From Vicugna vicugna (lineage: Eukaryota): a DNA stretch of 38,818 nt. The position numbers were made by a program, and so were the translations under genes. This document shows, one piece after another, positions 22,735 through 35,587 of this stretch. The stretch is taken from contig MU058221.1 of the NCBI GenBank assembly GCA_013265495.1, positions 5,936,066 to 5,974,883 of the forward strand. The letters are read 5' to 3'. The first letter of the stretch is position 1; every line of letters begins with the position of its first letter. Below the pieces are notes generated by a model that saw nothing but the letters and a program-made list of their open reading frames with translations, did no database searches and had not been told where the DNA came from.

Positions 22735-24529
22735 TAAAAAGCTAAAGCTCCAAACGTTTTAGGAACAATGAATAGTACATATATGTAAATTAAAAAATAC
22801 ATGTGCAGTACATTGTGTATATGTATTTATATGCAATATATTGTATATGTGCAGTCAAATTGTAACAATTCTACCTAATAAAACTGAAAAATGAAAAAAA
22901 AAGAGAATATTCAATATGAATGTTAAAAGACTCGCAGATGTGGTGGCCATCATTTGATGCTGGCGTTAGGGGTCTAGCACATGCCTGAACAGCTGCATGG
23001 GGTCCCTTACATTGATCTAACTGATTCCTTCTGAGGGACATTTGGATTATCCCCAATTTTCAGCTAATAAGCAGTGCTCTGAGGAACAATCTGATGCATG
23101 TTTCTTTGTGCATGTCATGCTGAGATGTGCTTCTTTAAGAGACACGCCAAGTGAAATTTCTCGTCAAAAGATAGCTAAATTAAGAAAAAAAAATTTTTAA
23201 AAATTTTTGTTTTATATTTTGCCGTAATGGTGCTCCAGAAAGTAGTCAATGCTCAGTTTCTTCTTCAAAACAAAAGTCAGGTGCTGAGCGCAGACCTCCT
23301 CACCGCAGCCCCTGCCGCTGGCAGCCAAGCTCACGCAGGCTCCCCGGGCAGACCTGCCTTGGCAGGTGTCTGCTGCACAGAAAACAGACAGAGGAGCAAC
23401 CCCCACCCGCCCTGGCCCCTCAGCCTCATCCCATGCCAACCTGCAAACAAGCAAACACGGTCACCAAGACAGCAGCAGGGAGATGCTCTTAAACAGCAGA
23501 GCCTGCAGTGGGACGAGGGGCCTTGAGGCCTGTTCTTACTTCCTCTGCGGACAGGGTGTGAGCCTTCAGGGAGGGCAGGCGGCACGCTTGGGCCATGGTC
23601 TCTTATTAAATGGGTCATCTCAGAGCAAAGCGAACCCTGGAGGAGTCTGGTCCAGCCTAACCCGGCCCTTTTCCCCCGACCCTGCAGCCTCACAAGGCAG
23701 CCTGTCCTGTGGTCCGCACAGCGGGTGCGTGGAAGGCTTTTGTTTCTCTCCAGCACTTTCTGCATCCACCCCCTTCTATCTCCCACCCAGCAGACCCAGT
23801 TCTGCTGCGCCCCGACTCCACAGGGAGCGTCTCAGATGCCGGGAGCGGGTCACACTGGCCCTTCTGTGGCCTCGCCTGGTTTGCCATTCCTTCTTAAATC
23901 GCACCTCCCAGCCCTGGGCTGGCCAGGAAAAGCAGGCGGGGACTCTCTTCTCCTTTGACCCGGGCTCGGGCTCGGTGCTTCTGTTAATGCAGCCAAAGAT
24001 TGAATTCTTTCTTGGCTCAATAGCTCTTTACCTGCTCAAGCCCAGGCTGAGGAGTTAAGATAAGATCCAGGGGCTTTTATAACTCCTCCACTCCACAGCA
24101 TTTTCTCCTGGCCTTTTCCTTCTCTATGGAAACTAAGAGACAGTAAGAAATGCACGGACATACAACAGGGAGCCTGATGTCTCTCGCCTCCTGTTTGGTG
24201 CAGGGTCGCCCGCCCTGTGGCCAGGAGTCCCTGGGTTTCCACGCTCAGTAGAAATTAACAGGTGCTGGTGAAGGCAGGATGGGAGTGGGGCAGAGGAGGG
24301 TGGCCCCCGAGGCACCTGCTCTCTGGCTCTGGGTGCCCGGGGTGCTCCCAACCTCCTCAGGCCTTCTCTATACCGACAATGTGGACTATGGTATGTTTTG
24401 GGGGCAAATGAGGAGCTCGAGGCAAAATGAAGACAGACTCCTTTTAACCTCATTATTTCTTTTTAGCTGAGCATCAGCAGCTTTGCTGTATAGATGAGCT
24501 TTTGTGCGTTTACATCGCAGGAGCCATCT

Positions 24530-25256
24530 GCATCTTTGACTCAAGACTTTATTTTTACAACCAAGGTATTTTCATGAAAGGAACAGAGAGTAAGGGTCAA
24601 AATATACAAGCCATGGGAGGGCAGAAGTGAAAGCTGAGGCACGTCCTAGTGGGAGATCAAGTGGCCTCCTGACCCCCGAAACCACAAGTTCCCAGCCCCA
24701 GAGGAGATGCTCAGAAACCGAAGTGACCAGGGGGGTCAGGTCAGCCCCTCTCAGAAGTGCCACTTCCAATCTGGATCTGCTCTCTGGGGCTTTCTGTGAG
24801 GAGGGTCAGCCCCAGCCTGGGAAGACCAAGGGGACCCATCCCAGCGCCATCCCCTCGAGAGACTCAGGCCTCAGTGTCACTGCCCTACCAGGGCACAGTA
24901 GGCTGGTGGCTGGACGGCCAATAGTGAAGTTCCCAGCCCAACCCAGGGTGAGTACAGGAGCCGGAAGTGGTGTCACCGGTGGCATTTCTCACTCAGTCCT
25001 CCAGTGTGCCTTCCGGGTTGCAGAAAGTGCCCTGCGGTTCTGAAGCCTTCTCTCTGAGACTCCCAATGACCCCATCACAAGTTGCTCCCATGCACGAGGC
25101 TCACAGAAAGAACTTGCAGTAGTTAAAAGCAGGCAGCTTCGGCAGGTCAGGGGAATTTCCATGGTTGAGTGTGTCCTTTCTGTCTCATTTTTCCAGATCT
25201 TGCTCATCACTGACCGGTGTATTTTTGTAGCAGGACACCAAAAGCACATTCTTTGC
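24530..25256 (-). other. CD8B: CD8B 3' UTR (end approximate)
   Basis: Sequence between the TGA at 25259-25257 and the first clear downstream AATAAA. The cleavage site is inferred. Confidence 0.7.
24548..24553 (-). terminator. Polyadenylation signal AATAAA for CD8B
   Basis: Plus-strand tttatt at 24548-24553, about 700 nt past the stop codon. Confidence 0.7.
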
Positions 25257-25269
25257 TCACTTATAAAAC
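25257..25269 (-). CDS. CD8B: CD8B exon 6 coding part (QFYK-stop; canonical M-1-type C-terminus)
   Basis: Acceptor TGTTGTTTTCAG|G TTT TAT AAG TGA. Completes a 633-nt CDS giving a 210-aa protein ending KQFYK, as in human. Confidence 0.93.
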
Positions 25270-26519
25270 CTGAAAACAACAGTAAGTTGTGAAACCACTT
25301 ATTTTCAGGGCAACGCTATTGAATTTCCTGTAACAGAGATAAACGGATGCAAGACTGCATTCCAAGTAAGTAGCCCGGGGCCAAGCGCTTGTGTTAGGAT
25401 GTTTTCAGAGTGCATCTTCATCATTAGAAAAGATTAAAGAGCTCAAAAAACACAGCCTTAAGAGCGCTAGCTTTGCATAGTGTCACTTCCTGCGGTCCCT
25501 TCTAAGATGAGCTCTCCATCCATGCACACCAAGGGGCTGGAGGCAGGCGGCCTGCCGGTGGGAGGATTGTCTAAGGTCAGTTAGAGGTTGAGGATTGTCT
25601 GCTCCAAACTGCAACTTGAGTTTGGAACAGCCGGTCTGTGAAGCCCAGAGACCATTTCGTCTACACCTGGATTATGAGAGTAAAACCAGAGGTGGTTTTA
25701 AGACTTTATAGCCACAAAAACTTTTGTTCAACAACATCTTACAGGTAAGTGAAACAACAGACAAAAGATGAAAGCAAAGCTGTTCGGAAAGAAGATGGTG
25801 AGGGGGCTAAAGGCCCACCCACGCCCACCCCAGCCCCTTCCTCGCCTGCACTGATCCTCAGACGCCCTGGGTTCACCAAAGCACGAGGCCCTGCTGCTCT
25901 GCACGACCTCCTCCCAAACCGGCATCAAATCCCTGGGGAACAAGTTACAGCGAAGGGGTGAGTGGGAGGCAGAATCACAGGCCACGTGTACCATGAGAGG
26001 GGGTCACTCCCCGTATAAGGTCACCACGAGGAAGGTTCTGAACAGAACCTTCCGGAAGCCTAGGGTCAGACAAAAACCGTTAAGTTGCTGTCTCTTAAGT
26101 ATGGGGCTGTTTCTAAATCCAGCACATAAAGTGAAAATTGCACACAACCAAAATTATCATTGAAAATTACCCCTTAAACACAGCAGGCATGTTTATACAA
26201 CTATATATACAAACATAATGTGTATAATAACACAGAGCACACAGAGTAGAGAGTATATATGAAAATGTGTAATTTCAGAGTATTTAAAAATACACTTTGT
26301 GGCCTTTCTTTTGCCTTTTAAGATGGCCTGCACTCTATCCATGGAATTGTATCTCTGAGTAAATCTGCTTTTACTAAAAAAAAAAAAAAAATTGTGTTGT
26401 ACACCTGAAACAAATACAATATTATATGTCACTTATGATTCAACAAGAAAAGCTTTGGCTTCTCTTAGGGTCGATTTTCCTAAGTGACATGAGCTGGCAC
26501 TTTGACTCCAAGGGACCAG

Positions 26520-26680
26520 CAGCTGAGCACTTGGAAGGTATTTCCTTACAATAGCCATGTGGTTGGTACTGTTATCCCATTTTACAGATGAGGAGCCAGA
26601 GGCTCAGAGAGGTGCAGTGACTCGCCTACAGTCACAGGGTGGGTGAGCAGCAGATAGGATTCAAACCTAGATCTGCCTCG
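26520..26680. mobile_element. MIR SINE
   Basis: ttatcccattttacagatgaggagccagaggctcagagaggtgcagtgactcgcctacagtcacag...ggattcaaacctagatctg. Confidence 0.8.
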
Positions 26681-27194
26681 CGAAGGGCCCAGAGTTCTTG
26701 ATCGTCAGTCCAGAGGCGGGGGCTTTCTGTTTTTTCCCAAACACCTCTAGATGGAGGGGGTTGTAATGAAGGAGTTAGGTAAATATGAAACCATCTCTAT
26801 TTTGAGAAAGAAAAAGCTATCTGAGAACACTGTCCATGGCCCAGCAGGGGTCCAGGAGCCCCTAAACCCTGGCCTCTCACAGCCGGAGCCCACACTGCTC
26901 CGTGGGCCTAAAGGGTGAGCTTTTTAGGTCCTGTGTTTATGTGGCTCAGCAGGTGGGTGTGCAAACTCCTGGGACCCAGGTGGGTCATGCCCAGCACCCC
27001 ACACCAGCGGGGAAGCTGGCCTTGGGGTGAAGCTACTTGTCCTCAAATTCGATTCTGCTCTTTACTTCTCTAAGGGCTTTGGGCAAGTCTTTCCACTTGT
27101 CTGTAAAAATGCAGGACCAAGTCAAATGAACTAGGGGGTGGGAAAGAGTTTGGGATATCCAACTGGATTTATGCAGGCAAGATTGGATGGTTTA

Positions 27195-27340
27195 TCCGAT
27201 ATCTTATAATAACCTATAATGGAAAAGAATCTGAAAAAGAATATATACACACACACATATACAGATATATGTGAATCACTTTGCTCTACACGTGAAACTT
27301 AGATAACACTGTAAATCAACTATACTTCAATAAAAAAATT
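27195..27340 (+). mobile_element. LINE-1 3' tail
   Basis: ataacctataatggaaaagaatctgaaaaagaatatatac...gaatcactttgc...actgtaaatcaactatacttcaataaaaaaa. Confidence 0.85.
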
Positions 27341-27608
27341 TTTTTAGAAAAAGGGTTGTTATCTTCGGAAAAGCTAAGAGCTAAATCTTACCATCCTCGA
27401 CATACACTTAAACGACTAATCAGTATTTTTGTTTGCTTAAGTTCTCTCTCTGCCTGAACTCCATCATCCCATCTATTTATAGTGTCTGATGTTTTGAAGG
27501 CGACATCTGGCTGGGGTTTCTTGCAGTTGGAAGCTGCCAGCGCTAAGGAGGCCAGGGCCACACCCAGGCCTGCAGCACGGGCCCCTCTCCGAGGCCCCAG
27601 CCACTTAC

Positions 27609-27645
27609 TGTTTCAGGAGGCGCAGCCGGGCTCTCCTCCACAGGC
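27609..27645 (-). CDS. CD8B: CD8B exon 5 (cytoplasmic 1), 37 nt
   Basis: Acceptor GTTCTTTTCCAG| and donor AAACA|GTAAGT (phase 2). Encodes (C)LWRRARLRLLK(Q); compare human CRRRRARLRFMKQ. Confidence 0.95.
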
Positions 27646-28949
27646 CTGGAAAAGAACACAACAACACTGGTTGGCATGGGCTGTGAGCTGTTGACCCCCA
27701 GGCCCAGACAGCGAGGAGGGCGATGAGAGGGGCAGCTGGCATCTCAGACCACTTCCTCGGTGCCGGGCTCTGCTCCCAACACCTCGTGGGTTTTAACTCC
27801 CTTAATGGTCATGGCAAACCAATGCGTGGGAAACGGAGGCACAGAGAGAGTGTGTTACTAACTTGCCCAAAGCCATGCCACTAGGAAGTGGCAGTCTGTG
27901 TGTCCTTACACGTGTCATTGTGCCCTTCACAGCAGGTCAGGAAAAAGAGGCTGAACAGACAGGCGGTCTCAAACCAGAGCACGTGTGTTCTGGGGATGTG
28001 TAAGGTTTCCCCTTGGAACGCAGGAAGGAAATGCGCGTGTGTCTATTTACGTATTTCCATATTTATTTATTTATAATCATTTACAGATTTAACATTCATA
28101 ATATTTACAGATTATTTACATACATGTTTGTCTCATCCTATTACCTTTTATTTTTGAAGCATGTTGAAAGCATACATAGTACGTTAAATAAACACAGCTA
28201 ACATAAATGTTAATAATTTATTAGTATAAATATATTTGTAATTATATATTAAATATGCACATACATAATCTATAAAATAAATCAATACAGCTAATTGCAG
28301 TTAGCATTTATAATTAAAAAAAAATTTTTTAACTGATGAGGTCCTGATCAAAAAGTTTGCAGACCACTGAGCGCTAGTGGTTCTTAGAATGGAGTAAGTG
28401 CTGAATTATTTAAAAATTTTTTTTAAAATTAAAATAAAATAAATGCTGAATTATTAAAAAAATTAAAATGAAAATAAAAGAAGAATGGAGTAAGTGGATC
28501 CCTTTCTGGGTAGGAATTGTATGCAAAAATATGTACATGGTACATTTCTCTTTGGAGAGGGTCCATCATTGTCATCATATGTAGAAAGGGGTCTGTGACC
28601 TATAAAACAGACACTGATCTAGTCCATGCCCCTGCGGGCCACCCCCTCCCATTTTATTGAAGCCCAGAGAGGGCAAGTGACTTACTCAAGGTGGCACAGG
28701 TGAGCAGAGGAGTTAGGGGTAGAGCCCGGGGCTGTGGGCTCTTGGCCAGCTGTGCGGGCCTCCCCGGCAGCTCCCCTGCGGGCCCGTAGAAGGTGGTGAT
28801 CCCACCTTTGGAGTGGCCGAGAGCGGAAGCCATCTCTGACTTTCCCTACAGCCTCAACGGGAGGATTCCTAGCTTCTGGGAACATGACCCAACCTCCACC
28901 ACAATCTCTGTGCACCGCTTCCACTGCTCACGGCCTTCCTGCGTACTGA

Positions 28950-29130
28950 GCACACGCCCCGAGCCGGGCACTTGGGCAGGAGTTTGTAAAAGCAACCCTG
29001 GGAGGAGGGTAACATGGTTGCCCTGGTGAGGCAGCTGAGGCTCAGAAGGGCCAGGGCATGTGCCCAAGGTCACTAGATCAGAAATCAGCAGAGTCAGATT
29101 CAAATCCAGGTTTGTCTGACTCCAGAGACA
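28950..29130. mobile_element. MIR SINE
   Basis: gctgaggctcagaagggcc...gtgcccaaggtcactag...gattcaaatccaggtttgtctgactccaga. Confidence 0.7.
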
Positions 29131-29273
29131 GGGTGGTCTCTGATCCCTGCAGCCTGGCCTCAGGCCAAGAATCACCGGGTTAAGGGGGGCAAACTCCCGG
29201 CAGGCTGCCACCTGCCCTGCTGCCCTAGAGAAGGAAGGACCCTCGGGGACACCTCCAACAGCAAAAGGGGTCA

Positions 29274-29501
<228 letters not shown>

Positions 29502-30139
29502 CTAGTCTTTTTTCTAGGCACTTTAAACACACTGAGATCATTTCACATAGAAAATTTCATGTCCCACATCCAAAAAAAAAAAAGAAAAAACAACTCAGGA
29601 GCTATTTATGTTCAAATGAGATAGACAATTTGCATGCCTGGTAATAGGATTTTTATTATTTCTTTTTAAAACTTTCATTTCACAAGAAATAGCTGAATGT
29701 ATCTTCACTGTAAAAGGTTCAAGTATATGGTTAGAGTGCCCCTCAGCATCCTGGCACCTTCACTGAAGTAACTGCCACTGTTAACTTGGCACCTTCTCTT
29801 TGCATGTACACGTACATAATTTGCAGGGAGGTGTCCTGAGGAATGGTCACAGCTGAGCTAGGAGCTGAGACACAGCTGCAGGTCCTCAGCAAAGTGTGAT
29901 CACCTCCCCAAAATGTGACTCCAGGAAAAGCTGCAGCTTCTAGTAAAGGTGAGGAAGAGCCACACCAGTGACATCGGCCCCACTTTCCTCGGGTCTCAGG
30001 GTCTCCTGGGTTCTTGGTCTCACCACACTGCTCCTGAGACGGCAGTTTAGAAATTGTCCCCCAGCACTGCCCAGGGGTACCTCAAGGGGAGCAGGCCCCT
30101 CCCCATGGAGGCCCTGTGGGTTTTTTTTTTAATGATAAC

Positions 30140-30360
30140 AAGTTTTGAGCTCTATCTGGATGCCCCACCAAGCTGAGTGCTTTGTGTAAACTATCTCATT
30201 TAATCCTGCCTTCCCTGCAGCCAAGTGAACATCCCCACTTTACAGATGAGAAAACTGAGGTTCAGAGAGGCTAAATCACTTGCCCAAGGTCTCAGAGTAT
30301 AAACAGTGGTAGACAGGGATTCAGATCTAGGCCTGGCTGACTTACCACTAGGCTATACTT
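30140..30360. mobile_element. MIR SINE
   Basis: atctcatttaatcct...atccccactttacagatgagaaaactgaggttcagagaggctaaatcacttgcccaaggtc. Confidence 0.85.
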
Positions 30361-31188
30361 CCCTGGGCCCCCACCCCCAACACAACCTCCACCTACTTCC
30401 CTTGCCCCACAACCTCGGTCACCTTCACACACACACATCTGGTTTTTCTTAATAACCTACTAGTGTTGGATTTGTATGGTACCCTGGGATTTTACTGAGG
30501 GTTTCTGTCAGAAAGGAGGCAAAAAATTCGACCATTTTCCCATCATTTATACAGGGCTACTGGAGTCACTGCTGTTCGGTGGGCCTTACATAAGAGTGAA
30601 CACCGCAGACTTCTCTTAGAATTGAGTGCCAGGATGAAGGCTTGGTGGCTGGGTTGTTTACATCATTGTGGTGGAGGCGGGGTAGGGTGTCGGTGGTGCC
30701 AGGTTACTTGTGGGGTCTCTGTTGTTTCTCTGGGTTTGCTTGCTCCCCCAGAGACCTGGACTTTGCATCCTCATCTTAGTGCCTTAATTATATTTGCCTT
30801 TTTTGCCCTTTTTTGTTTATACCCTGCCTGAAATCCTTCAGGTAAAGCTGCGGGGAGTAAATACTTTATAATAAGAGATCATTCTGTCTCCGCCTTTATG
30901 TTCCCCAGGACTTTGCCCTTCTGCACCCGAGTTCTGTGACCGTGTGGGGCAGCTCCCTCTCCCATCCCCTGGGTCCTGGTAGATGCCTCTCCCCGGACTC
31001 CTTCTGATACTTTACATATTTAAGACAGAGCCACGCCAGCAGCACAAGGCAGCCCAGTGTGGCTGCGTGTGGTTTGTTCTATGGGTGGGGGCAGATGGCA
31101 CTTTCTGTTAGTCGCCAGTAACCTCGGAGGGACAGAGGTCAGTGTTTTTCCAGAAACATATTTGGCTGATGGGTTCAAGGAAAGCGTA

Positions 31189-31217
31189 TGTGTGTGTGTG
31201 TGTGTGTGCGCGCATGT
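31189..31217. repeat. (TG)n microsatellite
   Basis: tgtgtgtgtgtgtgtgtgtgcgcgcatgt. Confidence 0.85.
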
Positions 31218-31384
31218 GCGTTCTCCAGCTATGGTGTCTGGTGCTTGTAGCACAGAGCGGTGAGTTGGTTCACTCATTAGTAAACACATATTAAGCACCT
31301 ACTGTATGCTAGGTCCTCTGTTAGGCGTCAAAGCTGGGAAAGTTAAAGTGCCAGTCCTGTCGGTTGGGTTTTTTGTTTGCTTGT

Positions 31385-31810
31385 TAACAGCTTTATTGAG
31401 ATATAATTTGTGTATTAAAGTGTATAATTTAATGGTTTTTGTTATAGTCACAGAGTTGTGCAGCCATCACCACAATCTAATTTTAGAACATTTTAATCTC
31501 CCCAGAGAAATCCTGTGCCCATTAGCCATCACTCCCCATTCAGTCCCCAAACCCCCAGCCTGAAATATTTTGTGTCAAGGGGATCATACAGTATTTGGTC
31601 TTTGGTGACTAGCTTCCTTCACTGCATAATATTTGCCAGATTCACCCATGTAGTAGCATGGATCAGTACTTCATTATTAATTATGGCTAAATAATATTCC
31701 ACTGTAGGGACAGTCCATATTTCATTAATCCATTCATCAATTTGAGTTGTTTCTACTTTTGGGCTATTGTGAATAATGCCGCTAGGAACGTTCATGTGCA
31801 AGTTTTTGGT
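31385..31810 (-). mobile_element. LINE-1 (L1MB-like) 3' end
   Basis: acagctttattgagatataattt...cacagagttgtgcagccatcaccacaatctaattttagaacatttt. ORF 31619..31801 is an L1 ORF2-end remnant. Confidence 0.88.
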
Positions 31811-31896
31811 GGCTGTCTCCTGCGTTAAGTTTTGTCCCTCAACAATTGGTGAGCGTATCTCCCACTAGACCCTGAGCCACGTGGCCACCTTACTCA

Positions 31897-32145
<249 letters not shown>

Positions 32146-32716
32146 TTAGCCAGATGAACAGCAGGTGGACTTAGAGACAAAACTTAAACCGCACATCTCA
32201 CATTCAGGTGCTAAAAGTCCTTATCAGCGTTCCCTAGGCTGCTGTGGGGCTTGAAGGTCACAGTTCGGTAGGACTTTTGACCTTCTTCCCCAAATCTCAG
32301 ATGTATCTGAGGACCTAGGGATGGGGGTCAGCTTGGCGTCTGTGAACAAAGCCCCAGCACCCCTGATTAACCACCGTGTGACTTGGGGCAAGTCCTATCA
32401 CTTTTCTGTGCCTCGGTTTCCCCCTCTGCAGAAACAGACGGACCCCATCACCTTCTTGGGGTTGTTGTGAGACTGAAAGGGAACAGGGTGCCCAGCAAAG
32501 TGAGCAGTAGGCTCCGCCTGGCTGATGACCTTGCGGCAAAGCTGAAGTCCCCGAGCCCTTGGCCCGACCAGCCCCTCAGCCCAGCTGCCAATCCTTGAGG
32601 GAGTGAAGGAAGTTCACAGAAGGGAGGGGGTCCCTTTTTCTGCATGGACAGTGCCACGCATGTTGTGTACACTGGAATTTTCTTTCCTTGCCAGGTGTCT
32701 TTAAAAATCATATACT

Positions 32717-32770
32717 GTGCTTAGCATGCATGAGGTCCTGGGTTCAATCCCCAGCACCTCCATAAAAAAA
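32717..32770 (+). mobile_element. 5'-truncated Vic-1-type SINE
   Basis: GTGCTTAGCATGCATGAGGTCCTGGGTTCAATCCCCAGCACCTCCATAAAAAAA, with near-TSD AAAAAT(C/T)ATATA. Confidence 0.8.
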
Positions 32771-34629
32771 TTATATAGTATCAGAGCTGGAGGGACCCTT
32801 AGTCTAGCCCCAACCTTTAATTTCAAAGGTGAATGCCAGCAAGGTGAGGAGCTGGCTTCCCAGGACCCATGGTGGAAAATGCTGAGCTGGGACCTCCAGC
32901 TTCTCTCCCGACTTCTGGAGGCAGGGGCACTCTTCTCTTGCATTCTAACCCAGTGTCGCACGCTGACATGTGAGGACAGGGCAGTGGGACAAGCATACCG
33001 GGAAAAGGGAGACAACTGAGGTTTGGAGGTGCTGGGGAATGGGGTCTAAGGGGACACCGGGGAACGCTGAATCCAACTCCTGACTTTGTGGGTTGGGGAG
33101 AGACTTTTCACTGAAATGATTTTCTGCAAAGTGGTAGGAGAGGGAATCAGGTGACACCTTGAGGTTGAACTCTTGACTCAAGGGCACAGGGAGGGGCAGC
33201 CAACGTTTGGTCATTTGGGTCTAGCATCTTCCATATAAAAAGGGGACACCTGGGACCCTCAACACTCTGAGCTGCCTTTGGGAAGTGGAGAAAGCGTGCC
33301 CCACTTGGCCCGCTCCGTGAGGTTTCTACAAGAGCCAGCAAGCCAGAATGAACCCTTATCAAGCTCCCACCGCGTGCTAGTGGCGGTGCCAAGCATGTCA
33401 GCTTGAGCTGATTGAACCCAACAGCTCTGGGGACAAGCCTGATCATCCCCATTTCCTCCCCGAGGACACCTAGGCTCAGAGAGTTGAAATAAATAACTTG
33501 CCCAAATTTTGAGAGCCGGTAAACGGCAGGGCCGGCAGCTGAGCCCAGAGGCTCTTTCTAGTCTCTCACGGTGCCAAGTTGCCTTGGGGGCAAAAGGGTT
33601 TTGACAGAAAGCTAAGCACACCAGGTCATCAGGCCCTGCTTCATACACAGGGAGGCACAGAGCTCTCCCAGCCGGGGGGCGGTGAGCTTGCGAGGGGGCC
33701 CTGGCTGGGCTCTGTCGATCCTGGTCCTGTGGGGGAAAGGGGGTCTGCAGAGACATGTTCCATTTTAATGTCTTCCTGCCCAGACTCAGGTCCCCTTGGT
33801 TCTTCCTGATATCATCCCCCACCACCCAGTTCGAATCTCCCCCCTCCTCTCCTCTTTGAAAGGGGCAGGACTTTTGAGCCCATGGCACCTTGTTGGGCCT
33901 GAGAAAGTTTCATCTTCCCCCCAATACTTTCTCTACCATCCAGGTTCCCTCCTTTAAAATGTACTGACTTTCCAGCAGAGGGGTGGGCTCTGGTTACCGC
34001 CACCCCTATCCCCCGGGAGATGACATGGCTGTGTGCGCTCTGGGGAATCCGGGCGGTGCAGCGGGAAGGGTTTGGAAAGATCAGAGCCAGGAGTGAGTGG
34101 GTGGGGGTGGGGGTGGGGGGAAGCCTCTGAAACCAGTTTTGCTTATTTCCCCATCCACCTTTCTTAGACCTGAAATCTCGTGAGTGGGATGTGTGGGGCT
34201 TATAGAGACAAAAACAATAAACCTAACCAAAACCCCAAACTCAGAAAAAAGCCCAGTTTTCAAGACAAGAATCTGTCGACGCCCACCCATTCAGGGATGC
34301 CCTGGTTCCTCGTCCAGAGATCGCTCCCCACCTTCCCACGCCCAGATTAAAGACCCTAAGCTGGTGAGATGTAACAGAAATGTCACCCTGGTCTGTGTCT
34401 TCAAACAGTGCTGCTATGCCTGCACCTCCGTGCTGAGTGGCCTGATTCCTGGGGGGGGGGTCCCCTTGTCACCCTCAGTGCCTCCAGCCTGAGAAGACCC
34501 CAGGTGTGTGGAAAGGAAGACAGCAGGAGGCCCACAGGGGGTTGGCCTGGCCCTGGGCTAACCTGGAGAGGGGGCTGAAGCCAGACGTGGGCCTTTGAGG
34601 ATTCCTTCTCATCCCTGATGGCTCAGTCC

Positions 34630-34930
34630 TCACCGTCCGATAGGGCAGCCACCGGCCACGTGTGCCGCAGAGCACGTAAAATGCGGCCAGCCTGACTTGG
34701 GAGGTGCTGTACGTGTGAGATACACATCGAGCGCTTATGAAAAGCAAATGTGAAATATTTCATTGATAATTTTTATTCTGACTATGTGTGGAAACAATAT
34801 CGTTGATAAATTGGGTTAAATAAAATATATTATTTAAATTAATTTCACTTGTTTGACTTTTTTGAACATGGCTATTAGGAAATTTTAAATTAGATCTGTG
34901 GCTCGAAATATATTTCTACTGGACCTGCTG
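34630..34930 (-). mobile_element. MER33-like hAT-Charlie MITE
   Basis: cagccaccggccacgtgtg...ttgggttaaataaaatatattatttaaattaatttcac...gtggctcgaaatatatttctactggacctgctg resembles the reverse complement of MER33. Confidence 0.75.
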
Positions 34931-35587
34931 ACTTAACTCCTGAGGAACTGCACTTCTAAGGGCTGGAGGGAGTCATGATGGCCATTAGCAGCCCCGTGAT
35001 ACAGATGAGAAAACTGAGGCCCAGGGAGAGGAGTGACCTGCCCACAGGCTCACAGTAAATTTGCAGCAGAATTTGCAACTGGGTCTGGGGTCCAGCCTCC
35101 TCACTCCCTGCAACCCTGAGCGTGGGTTCAAGCCATGGGTGCCCAGACACAATGTGCGGGCACCTGCCCCCCAGCCCCTCGGCCCTAGAAATGCTCTCTC
35201 GTTGGGTGTGTCCGGGCAGCAAGGACCCTCTTTCCCTGTGTGCACACTCCGAAGGCATTTCTGAGAGCACTGTCAGGTCTGGGGACTTGGCGCAATCCAG
35301 CCACAGTCTCAGGTGGGCCCAGTGTGGCTGAAGGATGGTACTGCCCTGTGACCAGAGGAAGCAGTGATGCTCTGAGCATCCCACCTCCCATGGGAATCAA
35401 ACAGCACCTGCCTCCCAGGGAGGTAGGCAGCATTAAGCAAAACAACTACGAACAACACTTGTGCGTGCTTGGCCCTGGGTTACTTTTTGCTCCTGCTGGC
35501 GAGGGTGCTGCTGCTCCGGGCGGCCCTCCCCTCCTGCAAAGTGGGGCTCATACAGTGGGTGCTCAATGCTCATCTATAGCGCCTTAC

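Noticed and set aside
23331..24058. ORFs of 230 and 151 aa
   Set aside because: No domain similarity or exon structure; expected by chance at this GC content.
1..24500. CD8A coding exons
   Set aside because: No CD8alpha leader, V-domain, hinge or CKCP tail found in the ORF track or by reading. They are expected beyond the left end of the window.
34098..34120. G-run tract (possible G-quadruplex); also 2418-2437 and the pyrimidine tract at 38415-38500
   Set aside because: Common in GC-rich mammalian DNA, with nothing indicating function here.
35574..35587. ORF read-through ending SVGKAL as a secreted V-only protein
   Set aside because: This is just the frame running into intron 2 past a strong GTAAG donor. 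There is no evidence for intron retention.
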